Positions 31,454 to 32,000 of a DNA stretch of 32,000 nucleotides are shown one piece after another. The notes under the pieces were generated by a model, which did not search any database, was not told the DNA's origin, and saw only the letters and a program-made list of their open reading frames with translations. The DNA comes from Blochmannia endosymbiont of Camponotus modoc (GTDB taxonomy: Bacteria > Pseudomonadota > Gammaproteobacteria > Enterobacterales > Enterobacteriaceae): positions 30,001-62,000 of the forward strand of contig NZ_CP097765.1 in NCBI RefSeq assembly GCF_023585785.1. Direction: 5' to 3'. Positions within the stretch are counted from its first letter, which is position 1. Each line of letters starts with the position of its first letter. A program made the translations under genes and the position numbers.

Positions 31454-32000
31454 TTAATAAGATCTGATTATTTGGAAGACTTTGATGAGTTTCTGGTGAT
31501 TTTTAATACCTGGTTTAATTTCAACTCCAGAATTAAAATCTAAACCTAAACAACCTATGCGCGCCGCTTTATTACAATTGTTTATTGTCAATCCTCCGGC
31601 TAAAATTACTTTATCTAATTGCATACTAGAAAGCAGCGACCAATCAAAGTTTTTTCCGCTACCCCCTCCATTATCTGCTAAATAGCGGTCCACGTTTAGT
31701 ATATTACATTTCGACAATGGTCTGTGATTCATATTAATACTTTTCCATATATGACATGTCATGGGTAATCGTGTCCGCAAAATATTAATATAATCTTGAT
31801 TTTCTGTGCCATGGAGCTGAACTGCTGCTAGTCCTAATATGTTAACTATGGTAACAATATAAGAAATTGTAGCATTACAAAACACACCAACATAACTTAA
31901 ATATTTTACACAAGAAACAATACGTTGTGCAATTGTGATATTTATGTAGCGAGGTGAAGTGGGAACAAAAATTAGTCCTCCATATATTGCACCCGATTTG
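31454..32000 (-). CDS. trpCF: Phosphoribosylanthranilate isomerase domain, probably bifunctional TrpC(F); N-terminus beyond the right window edge
   Basis: The frame stays open to 32000: ...KSGAIYGGLIFVPTSPRYINITIAQRIVSCVKYLSYVGVFCNATISYIV...LAAVQLHGTEN...DNGGGSGKNFDWSLL...LAGGLTINNCNKAARIGCLGLDFNSGVEIKPGIK. The track start at 31885 is an internal GTG. The TrpC half is not visible, so fusion is inferred. Confidence 0.9.
   Translation of the reverse strand, partial: KSGAIYGGLIFVPTSPRYINITIAQRIVSCVKYLSYVGVFCNATISYIVTIVNILGLAAVQLHGTENQDYINILRTRLPMTCHIWKSINMNHRPLSKCNILNVDRYLADNGGGSGKNFDWSLLSSMQLDKVILAGGLTINNCNKAARIGCLGLDFNSGVEIKPGIKNHQKLIKVFQIIRSY

Overview
This window looks like an AT-rich, gene-sparse chromosome segment from a reduced gammaproteobacterial endosymbiont. 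The protein sequences and gene set fit the Candidatus Blochmannia (ant endosymbiont) type; that assignment is inference from recalled sequences, not a database search. I can support 22 protein-coding genes, two of them cut by the window edges: pykA(-), zwf, htpX, cspC, manZ-manY-manX(-), yoaE-like, pabB(-), tsaB, minE-minD-minC(-), dsbB(-), gapA(-), sppA(-), xthA(-), hns(-), tdk, cls(-), tonB, yciC(-), trpA-trpB-trpCF(-). About 29% of the window is non-coding, including a ~2 kb ORF-poor spacer between xthA and hns. I found no tRNA/rRNA, CRISPR array, mobile element, phage, toxin-antitoxin or defence system, and no convincing novel system. The items most worth a second look are several long perfect inverted repeats in spacers: 29 bp between cspC and manZ, 22 bp between sppA and gapA, 14 bp in the manX leader, 14 bp after gapA, and 12 bp upstream of cspC. 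Others are a structured hairpin after hns, homopolymer tracts inside minE/tonB/zwf/manX, a TonB without its proline-rich spacer, and a relocated min-dsbB block.
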